Shown here piece by piece: positions 1 through 8,031 of a stretch of DNA of 18,725 nt. This stretch comes from Armatimonadota bacterium. GTDB taxonomy: Bacteria > Sysuimicrobiota > Sysuimicrobiia > Sysuimicrobiales > Humicultoraceae. The stretch spans positions 11,527-30,251 of the forward strand of contig JBBIJB010000025.1 in assembly GCA_037446215.1 (NCBI GenBank), given 5' to 3'. A model generated the notes under the pieces. The model made no database searches. It was not told the origin of the DNA and worked only from the letters and a program-made list of their open reading frames with translations. Each line of letters opens with the position of its first letter. The first letter of the stretch is position 1. The translations under genes were made by a program, and so were the position numbers.

Positions 1-557
1 CGAGCCGGGATCCCCAGCGCCTGGGCCGCCGACACGTCCTGCGCCACGGCGCGCATGGCCAGCCCGATCTTGGTCCGTTGGACCAGCAGGTAGAGGACGG
101 TCACCAGGAAGATCCCGGCCGCGATCGTCCCCAGGCTCATCTGGCTGATGACGACCCCCCCGACCTTGTAGACCCGCGTGTCGGAGAGGGGGAAGGGAAA
201 GACGTGCGTGTCCGTGCCCCAGACGATCTGCACCAGGCCGGTCAGGACCAGGGCGAACCCTATGGTCACCACCAGCTTGCCCAGCAGCGTGCTCTCCTTG
301 GCCGGCCTGAGTATGAGGAAGAAGAACGACGCCCCTACCACGGCGATCGCCAGCAGGCCGCCGGCCACGGCCGCGGGGAAGGGGATCTTCATCCACAGGA
401 GCGTCAGCGCGATAAACGCCGCCAGGGTAGCCATGTCGCCGTGGGCGAAGTTCAGGACGCGGGAGCTGCGGTAGAGCAGCACGATCCCCAGTGCCACCAG
501 CGCGTAGAGGCTGCCGGTCGCAAGCCCGCCCACGAAGTACTGCGCAAGGTTCGTCAC
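1..557 (-). CDS. livH: Branched-chain amino acid (HAAT/LIV family) ABC transporter permease, LivH-type; 3' end runs off the window
   Basis: Not in the ORF track (no stop in window). Manual translation from GTG at 557 gives MTNLAQYFVGGLATGSLYALVALGIVLLYRSSRVLNFAHGDMAT..., the LivH signature (G-x-x-Y-A-L-x-A-x-G...NFAHG), and near base 1 ...TKIGLAMRAVAQD. The start overlaps the livM stop (GTGA, 554-557). Confidence 0.92.
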   Translation of the reverse strand, partial: MTNLAQYFVGGLATGSLYALVALGIVLLYRSSRVLNFAHGDMATLAAFIALTLLWMKIPFPAAVAGGLLAIAVVGASFFFLILRPAKESTLLGKLVVTIGFALVLTGLVQIVWGTDTHVFPFPLSDTRVYKVGGVVISQMSLGTIAAGIFLVTVLYLLVQRTKIGLAMRAVAQDVSAAQALGIPA

Positions 558-1555
558 AGCGGCCACATCTTCACGTACCTCTTGATGCGGAGCCATCTGC
601 CGTAGAGACCCATCGGCTCAACTGCCATCATCAGGATGACCGTCGTCCCGAATATCAGGGGCAGCCACTGCTTGAACGCGCTCAGGTAGTGCGGCAGCAC
701 GGTCAGTATCAGGGCGCCGATGATCGCGCCCGAGATCGTCCCGAGCCCGCCGACGACTATCATCGCCAGGTACATTATCGATTCCATGATGGTGAACGAC
801 TGGGGCTCCAGGTGGCGGAGCGCCTGCGCGGTTATGGCCCCTGCCACGCCCGCGTAGGCGGCGCTGATCGCGAAGGCGAGGGTCTTGTACCAGGTCAGGT
901 TGACGCCGGTCACCTCGGCCGCGATGTCGCTGTCGCGTATCGCGGCCAGCGCGCGGCCGACGTGCGACCGCGCGAGGTTGTAGCCGATCCAGGAGAGGAA
1001 GACCGCCGTCCCGGTCGCCACGAAGTAGAGCTGCTGGGTGGCGCTCAACCCCGGTATCCCGAGCGAGAGCTGCGGTATGGGAAGGCCGGTCCGCCCCCCG
1101 GAGAGGGCGGTCCAGTTGGTGAGCACCTGGTAGACGGCGATTCCGAAGCCGAGGGTGGCGATGGTCAGGTAAGGGCCGGTCAGGCGCAGCGCCGGCAGCC
1201 CGACCAGGAACCCGAACCCGGCGCTGACCGCCGCCGCGCCCAGCAGCGAGAGTCCCCATGGGGCGCCGAGCTTGACCACCAGGAGCCCTGAGGTGTAGGC
1301 GCCTATGGCCACGAACCCTGCGTGGCCCAGCGAGATCAGCCCCGTGTACCCGACGAGCAGGTTGAGGCCCACGGCCACGATGACGTGCGAGGCCGCGAGG
1401 ATCGCTATGAAGAGGAGGTACCCGAGTCCTACTCTGGGCAGCAGGAAAGGCAGCAGCGCGAGCCCCGCCATCATAGTCAGGACCGCCACCCACCCGGAGA
1501 GCCCCTTGACCAGGTAGATGTCGTCCTCGTAGCGCTCAACAAGGTCGCGCCCCAC
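554..1555 (-). CDS. livM: LIV-family ABC transporter permease, LivM-type (333 aa)
   Basis: Motifs GLNLLVGYTGLISLGHAGF, LRLTGPYLTIATLGF, GRALAAIRDSDIAAEVTGVN and MIVVGGLGTISGAIIGA; highly hydrophobic. An in-frame TAG just upstream fixes GTG 1555 as the furthest possible start. Confidence 0.93.
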   Translation of the reverse strand: MGRDLVERYEDDIYLVKGLSGWVAVLTMMAGLALLPFLLPRVGLGYLLFIAILAASHVIVAVGLNLLVGYTGLISLGHAGFVAIGAYTSGLLVVKLGAPWGLSLLGAAAVSAGFGFLVGLPALRLTGPYLTIATLGFGIAVYQVLTNWTALSGGRTGLPIPQLSLGIPGLSATQQLYFVATGTAVFLSWIGYNLARSHVGRALAAIRDSDIAAEVTGVNLTWYKTLAFAISAAYAGVAGAITAQALRHLEPQSFTIMESIMYLAMIVVGGLGTISGAIIGALILTVLPHYLSAFKQWLPLIFGTTVILMMAVEPMGLYGRWLRIKRYVKMWPL

Positions 1556-1567
1556 GATGACCTACTA

Positions 1568-1596
1568 GTTTCGCCCCCGCGTCATCCCTGCCCTTC
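1568..1596 (-). promoter_or_regulatory. Putative SigH-like promoter for livM-livH (GAAGGG-N17-CGAAAC)
   Basis: Minus strand reads GAAGGG cagggatgacgcggggg CGAAAC. The same motif and spacing occur upstream of fadN, the acylase, phoD and lemA. Confidence 0.5.
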
Positions 1597-1620
1597 TTTG
1601 GGGAAGACCGCGGCGCACGC

Positions 1621-1650
1621 GCAGGAGATCGCCCGCCGGCGGCATACTCT
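1621..1650 (+). promoter_or_regulatory. Candidate promoter of the oxidoreductase operon (GCAGGA-N16-CATACTCT)
   Basis: GCAGGA resembles the -35 half of the recurrent motif, but the downstream element is CATACT/TACTCT rather than CGAA. It lies 40 nt upstream of GTG 1691. Confidence 0.3.
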
Positions 1651-1690
1651 GTTTGAAGGGTCCCGCATCGGCGCAACGGGGAGGTCTCGG

Positions 1691-3586
1691 GTGATCGTCA
1701 ACCATCTAAGGATCATGGTAGGGGGCATGCAGCTCCGCGACGGCGTCGGCACCGTCACCGACTTCCTGGGGCGGATATTCGTCCGCGCCGGGCTCCACGT
1801 GCTCGCGCTCGAGCGCAACTACGCCTCCACCATCTACGGGGCGCACCAGTTCGACCCGATGGTGGTAACCGGGGAGCCGGCCCTCTCCTACGGCGACGAC
1901 CTCTCGGATATCCTGGTTGCCCTGGAGTTCGACTCAACCCAGGACTCCCCGGTCCAACCCAACCGCGACACGATCCTGCGCCACGGCGCCAACGTGAAGG
2001 ACGGAGGCGTGCTGCTCTACGACAGTTCCACCGGGCCTGTCGACGTCTCCGACCTGGAGGAGAGGGGCGTCAAGGTGTTTCCCCTTCCGGCGCGCCAGCT
2101 CGCCCAGGCAGAGCTGAAGCTCGAGGTGGTCAAGAACACGATAGTGACGGGCGCGCTCTTGCGGCTGCTGGAGTTCGACCCGGACGACGCCTACTTCCGC
2201 GCCTACCTGGAGGAGCGTTTCGCGGACAAGGGCAGGGAGGTAGTGGAGCTGAACCTCCGGGCAGCCCGCCTTGGGCGGTCGGTCATCGAGAAGGTGCTGG
2301 CGGAGCAGGGGTGGGATGGAGTGGGCTATCGACTGGAGCCGAAGGAGGATCCCTCCCCACACCTCCTCCTGACGGGCAACGACGCCGTCTCGATGGGCTC
2401 GATCATGGCGGGGTGCAGGTTCTACGCCGCCTACCCGATCACGCCGGCCTCCTCGATCCTCGACTTCATGGAGGAGCACATGCCCCGCTACGGCGGCAGG
2501 GTGCTCCAGGGCCAGAACGAGCGGGAGTCGATCCGGGCCGCGCTCGGCGCGAGCGTGGCAGGGGTGCGGGCCGCGGTGGGATCGTCCGGCCCAGGCATCG
2601 CGCTGAAGGTGGAGGAGTTCGGCGTGTCGGGCGCGGCCGAGGTGCCGTTGGTCATCATCGACACCCAGCGTGCCGGCCCGTCCACCGGCATGCCGACCAG
2701 GAGCGAGCAGGGCGACCTTGGGATGGCGCTCTTCGCGGGGCAGGGCGACATGCCCAGGATAGTGCTGGCCGCGGGCACCGTGGAGGAGTGCTTCACCCTC
2801 GCGTTCGAGGCGTTCGACTTGGCCGACAAGTACCAGTGCCCGGTCTTCCTCCTGAGCGACCTGAACCTCACCGACGGCCGCAAGGACGTCCCGGAGGCGT
2901 TCTTCACCGAGAGTGCCAGGCCGGTGGTACGCCACGGCTTGCTCAGGGAGCAGGACCTCTCACAGGGCCGCTACCGGAGGTACGCCAACACCGAGTCGGG
3001 CATCTCCCCGCGCAGCATCCCGGGAACGCCCGGCGGCATCTTCAAGATGAGCGGCACGGAGCACGACGAGTCCGGCCTGATAATCAGCGACCCCTCCAAG
3101 CGGAAGGTGATCATGGACAAGAGGATGCGCAAGATGGAGAGCTACCTGCGCGACGATGCCAAGCCCCCGCAGGTGCACGGCTCTCCGGACGGCGTGCCCC
3201 TGCTGATAGGTTGGGGGTCAACCAAGCCGGTCCTGCTCGACGCTCAGGCCAGGCTGGCGGCGGAGGGGCGCGAGGCGTGCGTGCTCCACTTCACGCACCT
3301 GTGGCCGTTCCCCGTCGATCAGGTCGGGCCGCTGCTGGAGAAGGGGTCGGCGCTGATCGTGATAGAGCAGAACTACTCGGGCCAACTCGCGGATCTCATC
3401 CGGCAGCAGTGCCTGGTTGAGGTCGGCCGCGTCCTGAAGTACGACAGCCGGCCCTTCTACACCTCGGAGGTGGCCGGGGCGGTCCGGCAGATCCTGGACG
3501 GCGCGGCCGCCGAGGTCCGGTTGGGCGAGCGCTCGCCCGCGGCCCCGGCCGAGCCGGCCCGAGAGAGAGCTCCGGAGGAGGACTAG
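1691..3586 (+). CDS. korA: 2-oxoacid:ferredoxin (acceptor) oxidoreductase alpha subunit with fused N-terminal gamma/CoA domain (631 aa); substrate uncertain
   Basis: Motifs TGNDAVSMG, YAAYPITPAS, SSGPG, QRAGPSTGMPT..EQGDL, LIGWGST and IEQNYSGQLA..LKYD. Start moved from ORF-track 1322 (which overlaps livM) to GTG 1691, preceded by RBS GGGAGGT (1679-1685). Confidence 0.92.
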   Translation: MIVNHLRIMVGGMQLRDGVGTVTDFLGRIFVRAGLHVLALERNYASTIYGAHQFDPMVVTGEPALSYGDDLSDILVALEFDSTQDSPVQPNRDTILRHGANVKDGGVLLYDSSTGPVDVSDLEERGVKVFPLPARQLAQAELKLEVVKNTIVTGALLRLLEFDPDDAYFRAYLEERFADKGREVVELNLRAARLGRSVIEKVLAEQGWDGVGYRLEPKEDPSPHLLLTGNDAVSMGSIMAGCRFYAAYPITPASSILDFMEEHMPRYGGRVLQGQNERESIRAALGASVAGVRAAVGSSGPGIALKVEEFGVSGAAEVPLVIIDTQRAGPSTGMPTRSEQGDLGMALFAGQGDMPRIVLAAGTVEECFTLAFEAFDLADKYQCPVFLLSDLNLTDGRKDVPEAFFTESARPVVRHGLLREQDLSQGRYRRYANTESGISPRSIPGTPGGIFKMSGTEHDESGLIISDPSKRKVIMDKRMRKMESYLRDDAKPPQVHGSPDGVPLLIGWGSTKPVLLDAQARLAAEGREACVLHFTHLWPFPVDQVGPLLEKGSALIVIEQNYSGQLADLIRQQCLVEVGRVLKYDSRPFYTSEVAGAVRQILDGAAAEVRLGERSPAAPAEPARERAPEED

Positions 3587-3589
3587 CAG

Positions 3590-4459
3590 ATGGCGAAGGC
3601 AGGCGCTAAGCCCCTTGGGATCTGGGACCAGAACGCCACACCCAAGCACAGGATCCAGTGGTGTCCGGGCTGCGGCGACTTCGGAGTCCTGGCGGCCCTC
3701 CGGATGGCGTACGTCAATCTTGACCTGGAGCCCCACAACCTCCTGATGGTGGGGGGGATCGGCTGCTCCGGCCAGGCCCGCAACTACCTCAACGGCTACG
3801 CCTTCCACGGCACCCACGGGGGCCCGCTAGCCTACGCCCTCGGGGTGAAGATGGCGAATCCGGAGCTGACGGTGGTGGCGGTCGCCGGGGACGGCGACAC
3901 GCTCGCGATAGGGATGGAGAACTTCATCCACACCTGCCGGCGCGACCCGCAGGTGACGCTGATAATAATGAACAACGGCGTCTACGGCCTGACCAAGGGA
4001 CAGAAGTCCCCGACCGCGGGGTTTGGGAAGACGTTCAAGGAGTACAGCGAGGAGGAGCCCGTCTTCGTTGACCCGCTGCGGCTGGCGATGGCCTCCGGGG
4101 CCACCTTCGTCTCGCAGACCTTCTCAGGGGACCCGAAGCACTGCGCCGAGGTGTTCGCGGAGGCGATCCGCCATCCGGGCTTCGCGCTCGTCAACGACTT
4201 CTCGCCCTGCGTCACCTACAACAAGTTCAACTCGAGCGACTGGTTCAAGGCCCACGTCGAGCGCGTCCCAGAGGGCCACGATCCCTCGGGGATGTCGGCG
4301 GCATGGGCGCTGATGGACGACTTCGATGAGCGGGGTAAGCTGCCCCTGGGCGTCGTCTACCGGAATCCCAGGCCCAGGCGGGCCTTTCCACGGCTGCCGG
4401 TGTGGGAGGAGGAGCTGGAGGGGCTCGACCCCCAGCCCATGTTCCGGCCGTTCCGCTAG
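3590..4459 (+). CDS. korB: 2-oxoacid:ferredoxin oxidoreductase beta subunit (TPP- and [4Fe-4S]-binding, 289 aa)
   Basis: WCPGCGD, GIGCS, TPP motif GDGD...NN, YGLTKGQxSPT and SPCVTYN. RBS GGAGGAGG at 3574-3581. Confidence 0.94.
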   Translation: MAKAGAKPLGIWDQNATPKHRIQWCPGCGDFGVLAALRMAYVNLDLEPHNLLMVGGIGCSGQARNYLNGYAFHGTHGGPLAYALGVKMANPELTVVAVAGDGDTLAIGMENFIHTCRRDPQVTLIIMNNGVYGLTKGQKSPTAGFGKTFKEYSEEEPVFVDPLRLAMASGATFVSQTFSGDPKHCAEVFAEAIRHPGFALVNDFSPCVTYNKFNSSDWFKAHVERVPEGHDPSGMSAAWALMDDFDERGKLPLGVVYRNPRPRRAFPRLPVWEEELEGLDPQPMFRPFR

Positions 4460-6150
4460 CCCGGTCCGCGCCCTCCCCGGTCCTCCTCGGCCAGGACGCG
4501 GCGCAGGGTCTTACCTATCGCCGACTTGGGCAGCGTGTCGCGGAACTCTATCGCCTTTGGCACCTTGAACGGCGCCAGGTTCGCCCGGCAGTAGTCGAGC
4601 AGCTCGTCCGCGGTCGCCGCGGCTCCTTCCTTGAGCACAACGAAACCCTTCCCGACCTCTCCCCTGTGGGGGTCCGGTACAGAGATCAGGGCGGCCTCCT
4701 GCACCGCGGGATGAGAGAAGAGCACCTCCTCGACCTCGCGCGGGTAGACGTTGAAGCCGCCGGTGATCAGCATCTCCTTCTTGCGGTCGACGATGTAGAA
4801 GAAGCCGTCCTCGTCCATCCTGGCCACGTCGCCGGTGTAGAGCCAGCCGCCTCGAATCGCCCCGGCCGTCTCCTCGGGCCGGTTCCAGTAGCCGGCCATG
4901 ACCTGAGGTCCGCGAACCACCAGCTCTCCGATCTCTCCCGCGGGCAGGTTCTCGTTTCCTGTCTCCAGGTCCACGATTCGCGCGTCGGTGTCCGGGACCG
5001 GGATGCCTATGCTGCCCGACTTGCGCAGCCCCACCAGCGGGGTAACATGGGTCACGGGGGATGACTCGGTCAGCCCGTAGCCCTCGACGAGGCTCCCCCC
5101 GGTGACCCTCTCGAACCGCGCCTGGACCTCGGCCGGCAGCGCGGCGGCCCCGCTTATGCACGCCAGCACCGACCTCAGGTCGTACCTGCCCGCAGAGGGG
5201 TGGCTGACCAGCGCGTTGTACATCGTCGGCACGCCCGGCAGCTGCTCCGGCTTGTAGCGGTCTATCGTTTTGAGAACCGCCTCTGTATCGAACCGGGGCA
5301 GGAGTATCATCCGGCTGCCCAGCAGTACCCCGCTGTTCATCACCACCGTCATCCCGTAGGAGTGGAACAGCGGCACCACGCCGAGCGCCGTTATCTGGTC
5401 CGGCGTCGGGCTCACGTACCAATAGGCGCACTGGTGGGCGTTGGCCGTCAGGTTGCCGTGGGTCAGCATCGCACCCTTGGGCGTTCCGGTGGTTCCCCCG
5501 GTGTAGAGCAGCACCGCGACGTCTGCGGGCTTCTGCGCCGCCGACTCCCCCAGCGGCGGGGAGGCCAGGAGGCCCGCGAAGCTGTGGGTGGCATCGTCGA
5601 GAACTACCTGCGGCCACTCGTTCAGGCGGCGCGCGCGCAGCGGGTAGAGCAGCCGGAGCAGCGGCGGGAAGAACTCGTTTATCCGTGTGACCACCACGTG
5701 CTTCAGGTCGCTGTGGGCACGGGCAGGGGCGACGCGGTTGAGGAACAGGTCGAGCGTGATCGAGATACGGGCCCCGCAGTCGGCCATCTGCCCGGCTATC
5801 TCCCGCTCGACGTACAGCGGGTTGAACGGGATGACCACGCCCCCGGCCTTGAGCGTGCCGTAGTAGGCGATCAGGAACTGCGGGCAGTTGGGGAGGTGCA
5901 GCGCCACACGGCCGCCGGGTTCCAGCCCCAGCTTACGCAGGCCCCCCGCGAACCTGTCGACCATCGACTGCAGCTCTTGGTAGGAGATGTCCCTGCCGAA
6001 GAAGGTCACCGCCCGCCGGTGAGGATACCTGCGGGCGGTGGCCTCCAGCATCTGGTGGAGCGGCCTGTTCGGGTAGTCGATTGTCTGCGGAACGCCCGGT
6101 TCGTAGTGCCTGAGCCAGAACCTTGCCTCCAACACCGACGGATCGGCCAT
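4456..6150 (-). CDS. fadD: Long-chain-fatty-acid--CoA ligase (LcfA/FadD-like, 564 aa)
   Basis: AMP-binding motifs YTGGTTGTPKG, EGYGLTE, GWLYTGD, IVDRKKEM and LPKSAIGK. ATG 6150 chosen because RBS GGAGGAG (6157-6163) is 6 nt upstream of it but abuts TTG 6156. Confidence 0.92.
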   Translation of the reverse strand: MADPSVLEARFWLRHYEPGVPQTIDYPNRPLHQMLEATARRYPHRRAVTFFGRDISYQELQSMVDRFAGGLRKLGLEPGGRVALHLPNCPQFLIAYYGTLKAGGVVIPFNPLYVEREIAGQMADCGARISITLDLFLNRVAPARAHSDLKHVVVTRINEFFPPLLRLLYPLRARRLNEWPQVVLDDATHSFAGLLASPPLGESAAQKPADVAVLLYTGGTTGTPKGAMLTHGNLTANAHQCAYWYVSPTPDQITALGVVPLFHSYGMTVVMNSGVLLGSRMILLPRFDTEAVLKTIDRYKPEQLPGVPTMYNALVSHPSAGRYDLRSVLACISGAAALPAEVQARFERVTGGSLVEGYGLTESSPVTHVTPLVGLRKSGSIGIPVPDTDARIVDLETGNENLPAGEIGELVVRGPQVMAGYWNRPEETAGAIRGGWLYTGDVARMDEDGFFYIVDRKKEMLITGGFNVYPREVEEVLFSHPAVQEAALISVPDPHRGEVGKGFVVLKEGAAATADELLDYCRANLAPFKVPKAIEFRDTLPKSAIGKTLRRVLAEEDRGGRGPG

Positions 6151-6200
6151 CTCCAACTCCTCCAGCGACTCCCGTCTCGCGGGCCCTGTCCCGCCGCCCC

Positions 6201-7979
6201 CTACGCCATGTACTTGCCGGCGTCGACGACCGCGGCCGCGATCCGCCTCCCCAGCGCGATCGAGTCTACTGCCGGGATCTTGAGGAAGCGCCGCAGGCCG
6301 GCCATCATCGTCCGCAGGGTGTCCCCGTCCTCGGTGCCCGCCAGCGTGCGCCGCGCGCAGCCCTCTATCCGGGGCATGGCCCAGTCCATGAAGTACCGGA
6401 CATAGGCGGCCTGCAGGTCGGCCTTTGCGCCCTCACGACCGGCGGACTTGGCCGCGCGCAGCACGACGCTCTCGCAGGCGAACAGGTCGATCGCCATGTC
6501 TGCGATGGATCCCAGGATCTCCTGCTGGTTCTCCAGGTCCGCCAGGTGCTTCTGTATCGCCGCTCCGGAGGCGAACAGGGCGGCCCTCCTTGCGGCATCG
6601 ACCAGCTTCCGCTCCTCTCCGAGCGGCCCTGCTACGGCGCCGTCCCCGCCGACGGTGGCGGAGAGCATCTCGCCGGCCACCTTCTGGGCCGCCGCGAACA
6701 GGCCCAGCCGTCCCTTTTGCGCCCTGCGGAGCAGCATCGCGGGTATCAGCAGGCGGTTGATCTCGTTGGTTCCCTCGAATATCCGGTTGATCCGCGCGTC
6801 GCGATAGGCCCTGGCAGCCGGGTACTCCTCGACGTAGCCGTACCCGCCGAAGATCTGCACCATCTCGTCCACGACGAAGTCGAGCACCTCGGAGGCGAAG
6901 ACCTTGTTTATCGAGCACTCGATCGCGTACTCCTCGAGCGCCGCGACTACCTGACGGCTGTCCTTGTACTCGGCGCCCAGCGCCTCGCTGATCAGCCCGG
7001 CGGTCCTGTAGAGCATGCTCTCCGCGGCGTAGGTCGCCGTCGCCATCCTGGCGAGCTTCTCCTGAATCATGCCGAACTCGACGAGGGGCTTGCCGAACTG
7101 CTTGCGCTCGGCGGCATAGGCGATGGCCTCGCGCAGCGCGCTGCGTGAGGCGCCTACGCAGCCGGCGGCCAGCCCGAACCGGCCGACGTTGAGGATGTTG
7201 AACGCCACCTTGTGTCCCTGGCCGATCTCGCCCAGCACGTTTTCCGCCGGGACCTTAGCGTTGTCGAAGATGATGGAGGCGGTGGAGGTGCCCCGTATCC
7301 CCAGCTTGTGCTCTTCGGGCCCCACGCTGACCCCCGGGGTGCCGCGCTCGACTATGAAGCAGGTGTGGTGTTCGCCGTCCACCTTCGCGTAGGTGAGGTA
7401 GAGGTCCGCGAAGGCCGCGTTCGTTATGAACTGCTTCGTGCCGTTGAGGACGTAGTGGCTTCCGTCCGGGCTCAGCACCGCCTTCGTCCGTATCGCCATG
7501 GCGTCGGAGCCGGCGGTCGGCTCGGTGAGGGCGTAGCTGCTCACCAGCTCGCCGGAGGACAGCCCGGGGAGGTACTTCTGCTTCTGCTCGTCGGTGCCGA
7601 AGAAGACGATTGGCAGCGTGCCGATGCCGACGTGCGCGTTGACGGTGACCGAGAACGACCCCGCCGGCCCGATGGCTTCTTTGATCACGATGCCGCTGAC
7701 CTTGTCCAGCCCGCTGCCGCCGAACTCCTCGGGCACGTCCGCGCTCAGCAGGCCGAGGTCCCCGAACTTGCGGAGGAGCTTGACGTTCAGCTCCCAGTCG
7801 TGTCCCTCAAGGGCGTCGGCCTGGGGGCGTATCTCCTGCTCCACGAACTGCTCTACCGTGCGCTGGACCATCCTCTGGTCGTCGCTGAGGTCCTCGGGGG
7901 TGAAGACGGCCTCCGGGGCAGTCGGCCCCACGATGAAGCCGCCGCCCGGAATGGTGACCTGCCCTGGCTTCGTGTCCAT
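6201..7979 (-). CDS. fadE: Acyl-CoA dehydrogenase with C-terminal extension (Bacillus FadE-like, 592 aa)
   Basis: YALTEPTAGSDA, LNGTKQFITN, KLGIRGTST, QIFGGYGY and RIFEGTNEINR; RBS GGAGG upstream; position after fadN-fadA. Confidence 0.93.
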   Translation of the reverse strand: MDTKPGQVTIPGGGFIVGPTAPEAVFTPEDLSDDQRMVQRTVEQFVEQEIRPQADALEGHDWELNVKLLRKFGDLGLLSADVPEEFGGSGLDKVSGIVIKEAIGPAGSFSVTVNAHVGIGTLPIVFFGTDEQKQKYLPGLSSGELVSSYALTEPTAGSDAMAIRTKAVLSPDGSHYVLNGTKQFITNAAFADLYLTYAKVDGEHHTCFIVERGTPGVSVGPEEHKLGIRGTSTASIIFDNAKVPAENVLGEIGQGHKVAFNILNVGRFGLAAGCVGASRSALREAIAYAAERKQFGKPLVEFGMIQEKLARMATATYAAESMLYRTAGLISEALGAEYKDSRQVVAALEEYAIECSINKVFASEVLDFVVDEMVQIFGGYGYVEEYPAARAYRDARINRIFEGTNEINRLLIPAMLLRRAQKGRLGLFAAAQKVAGEMLSATVGGDGAVAGPLGEERKLVDAARRAALFASGAAIQKHLADLENQQEILGSIADMAIDLFACESVVLRAAKSAGREGAKADLQAAYVRYFMDWAMPRIEGCARRTLAGTEDGDTLRTMMAGLRRFLKIPAVDSIALGRRIAAAVVDAGKYMA

Positions 7980-8031
7980 CGAGCGCTCCTCCCTGTGATT
8001 CGGTCCCAGAGTCTGCCTCGCCGTTGCCGGG

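Noticed and set aside
1322..1690. 123-codon N-terminal extension of korA in the ORF track
   Set aside because: It overlaps livM antisense and the promoter region and shows no family resemblance; a good RBS precedes GTG 1691.
3751..3757. G7 homopolymer in korB as a phase-variation tract
   Set aside because: It is short, in frame, encodes Gly-Gly next to the GIGC motif, and is unremarkable at this GC content.
7995..8025. Sixth copy of the SigH-like motif upstream of fadE (CGAATCAC, identical to the phoD -10 half)
   Set aside because: No AGG at 16-17 nt spacing upstream; only a half-site inside an operon.
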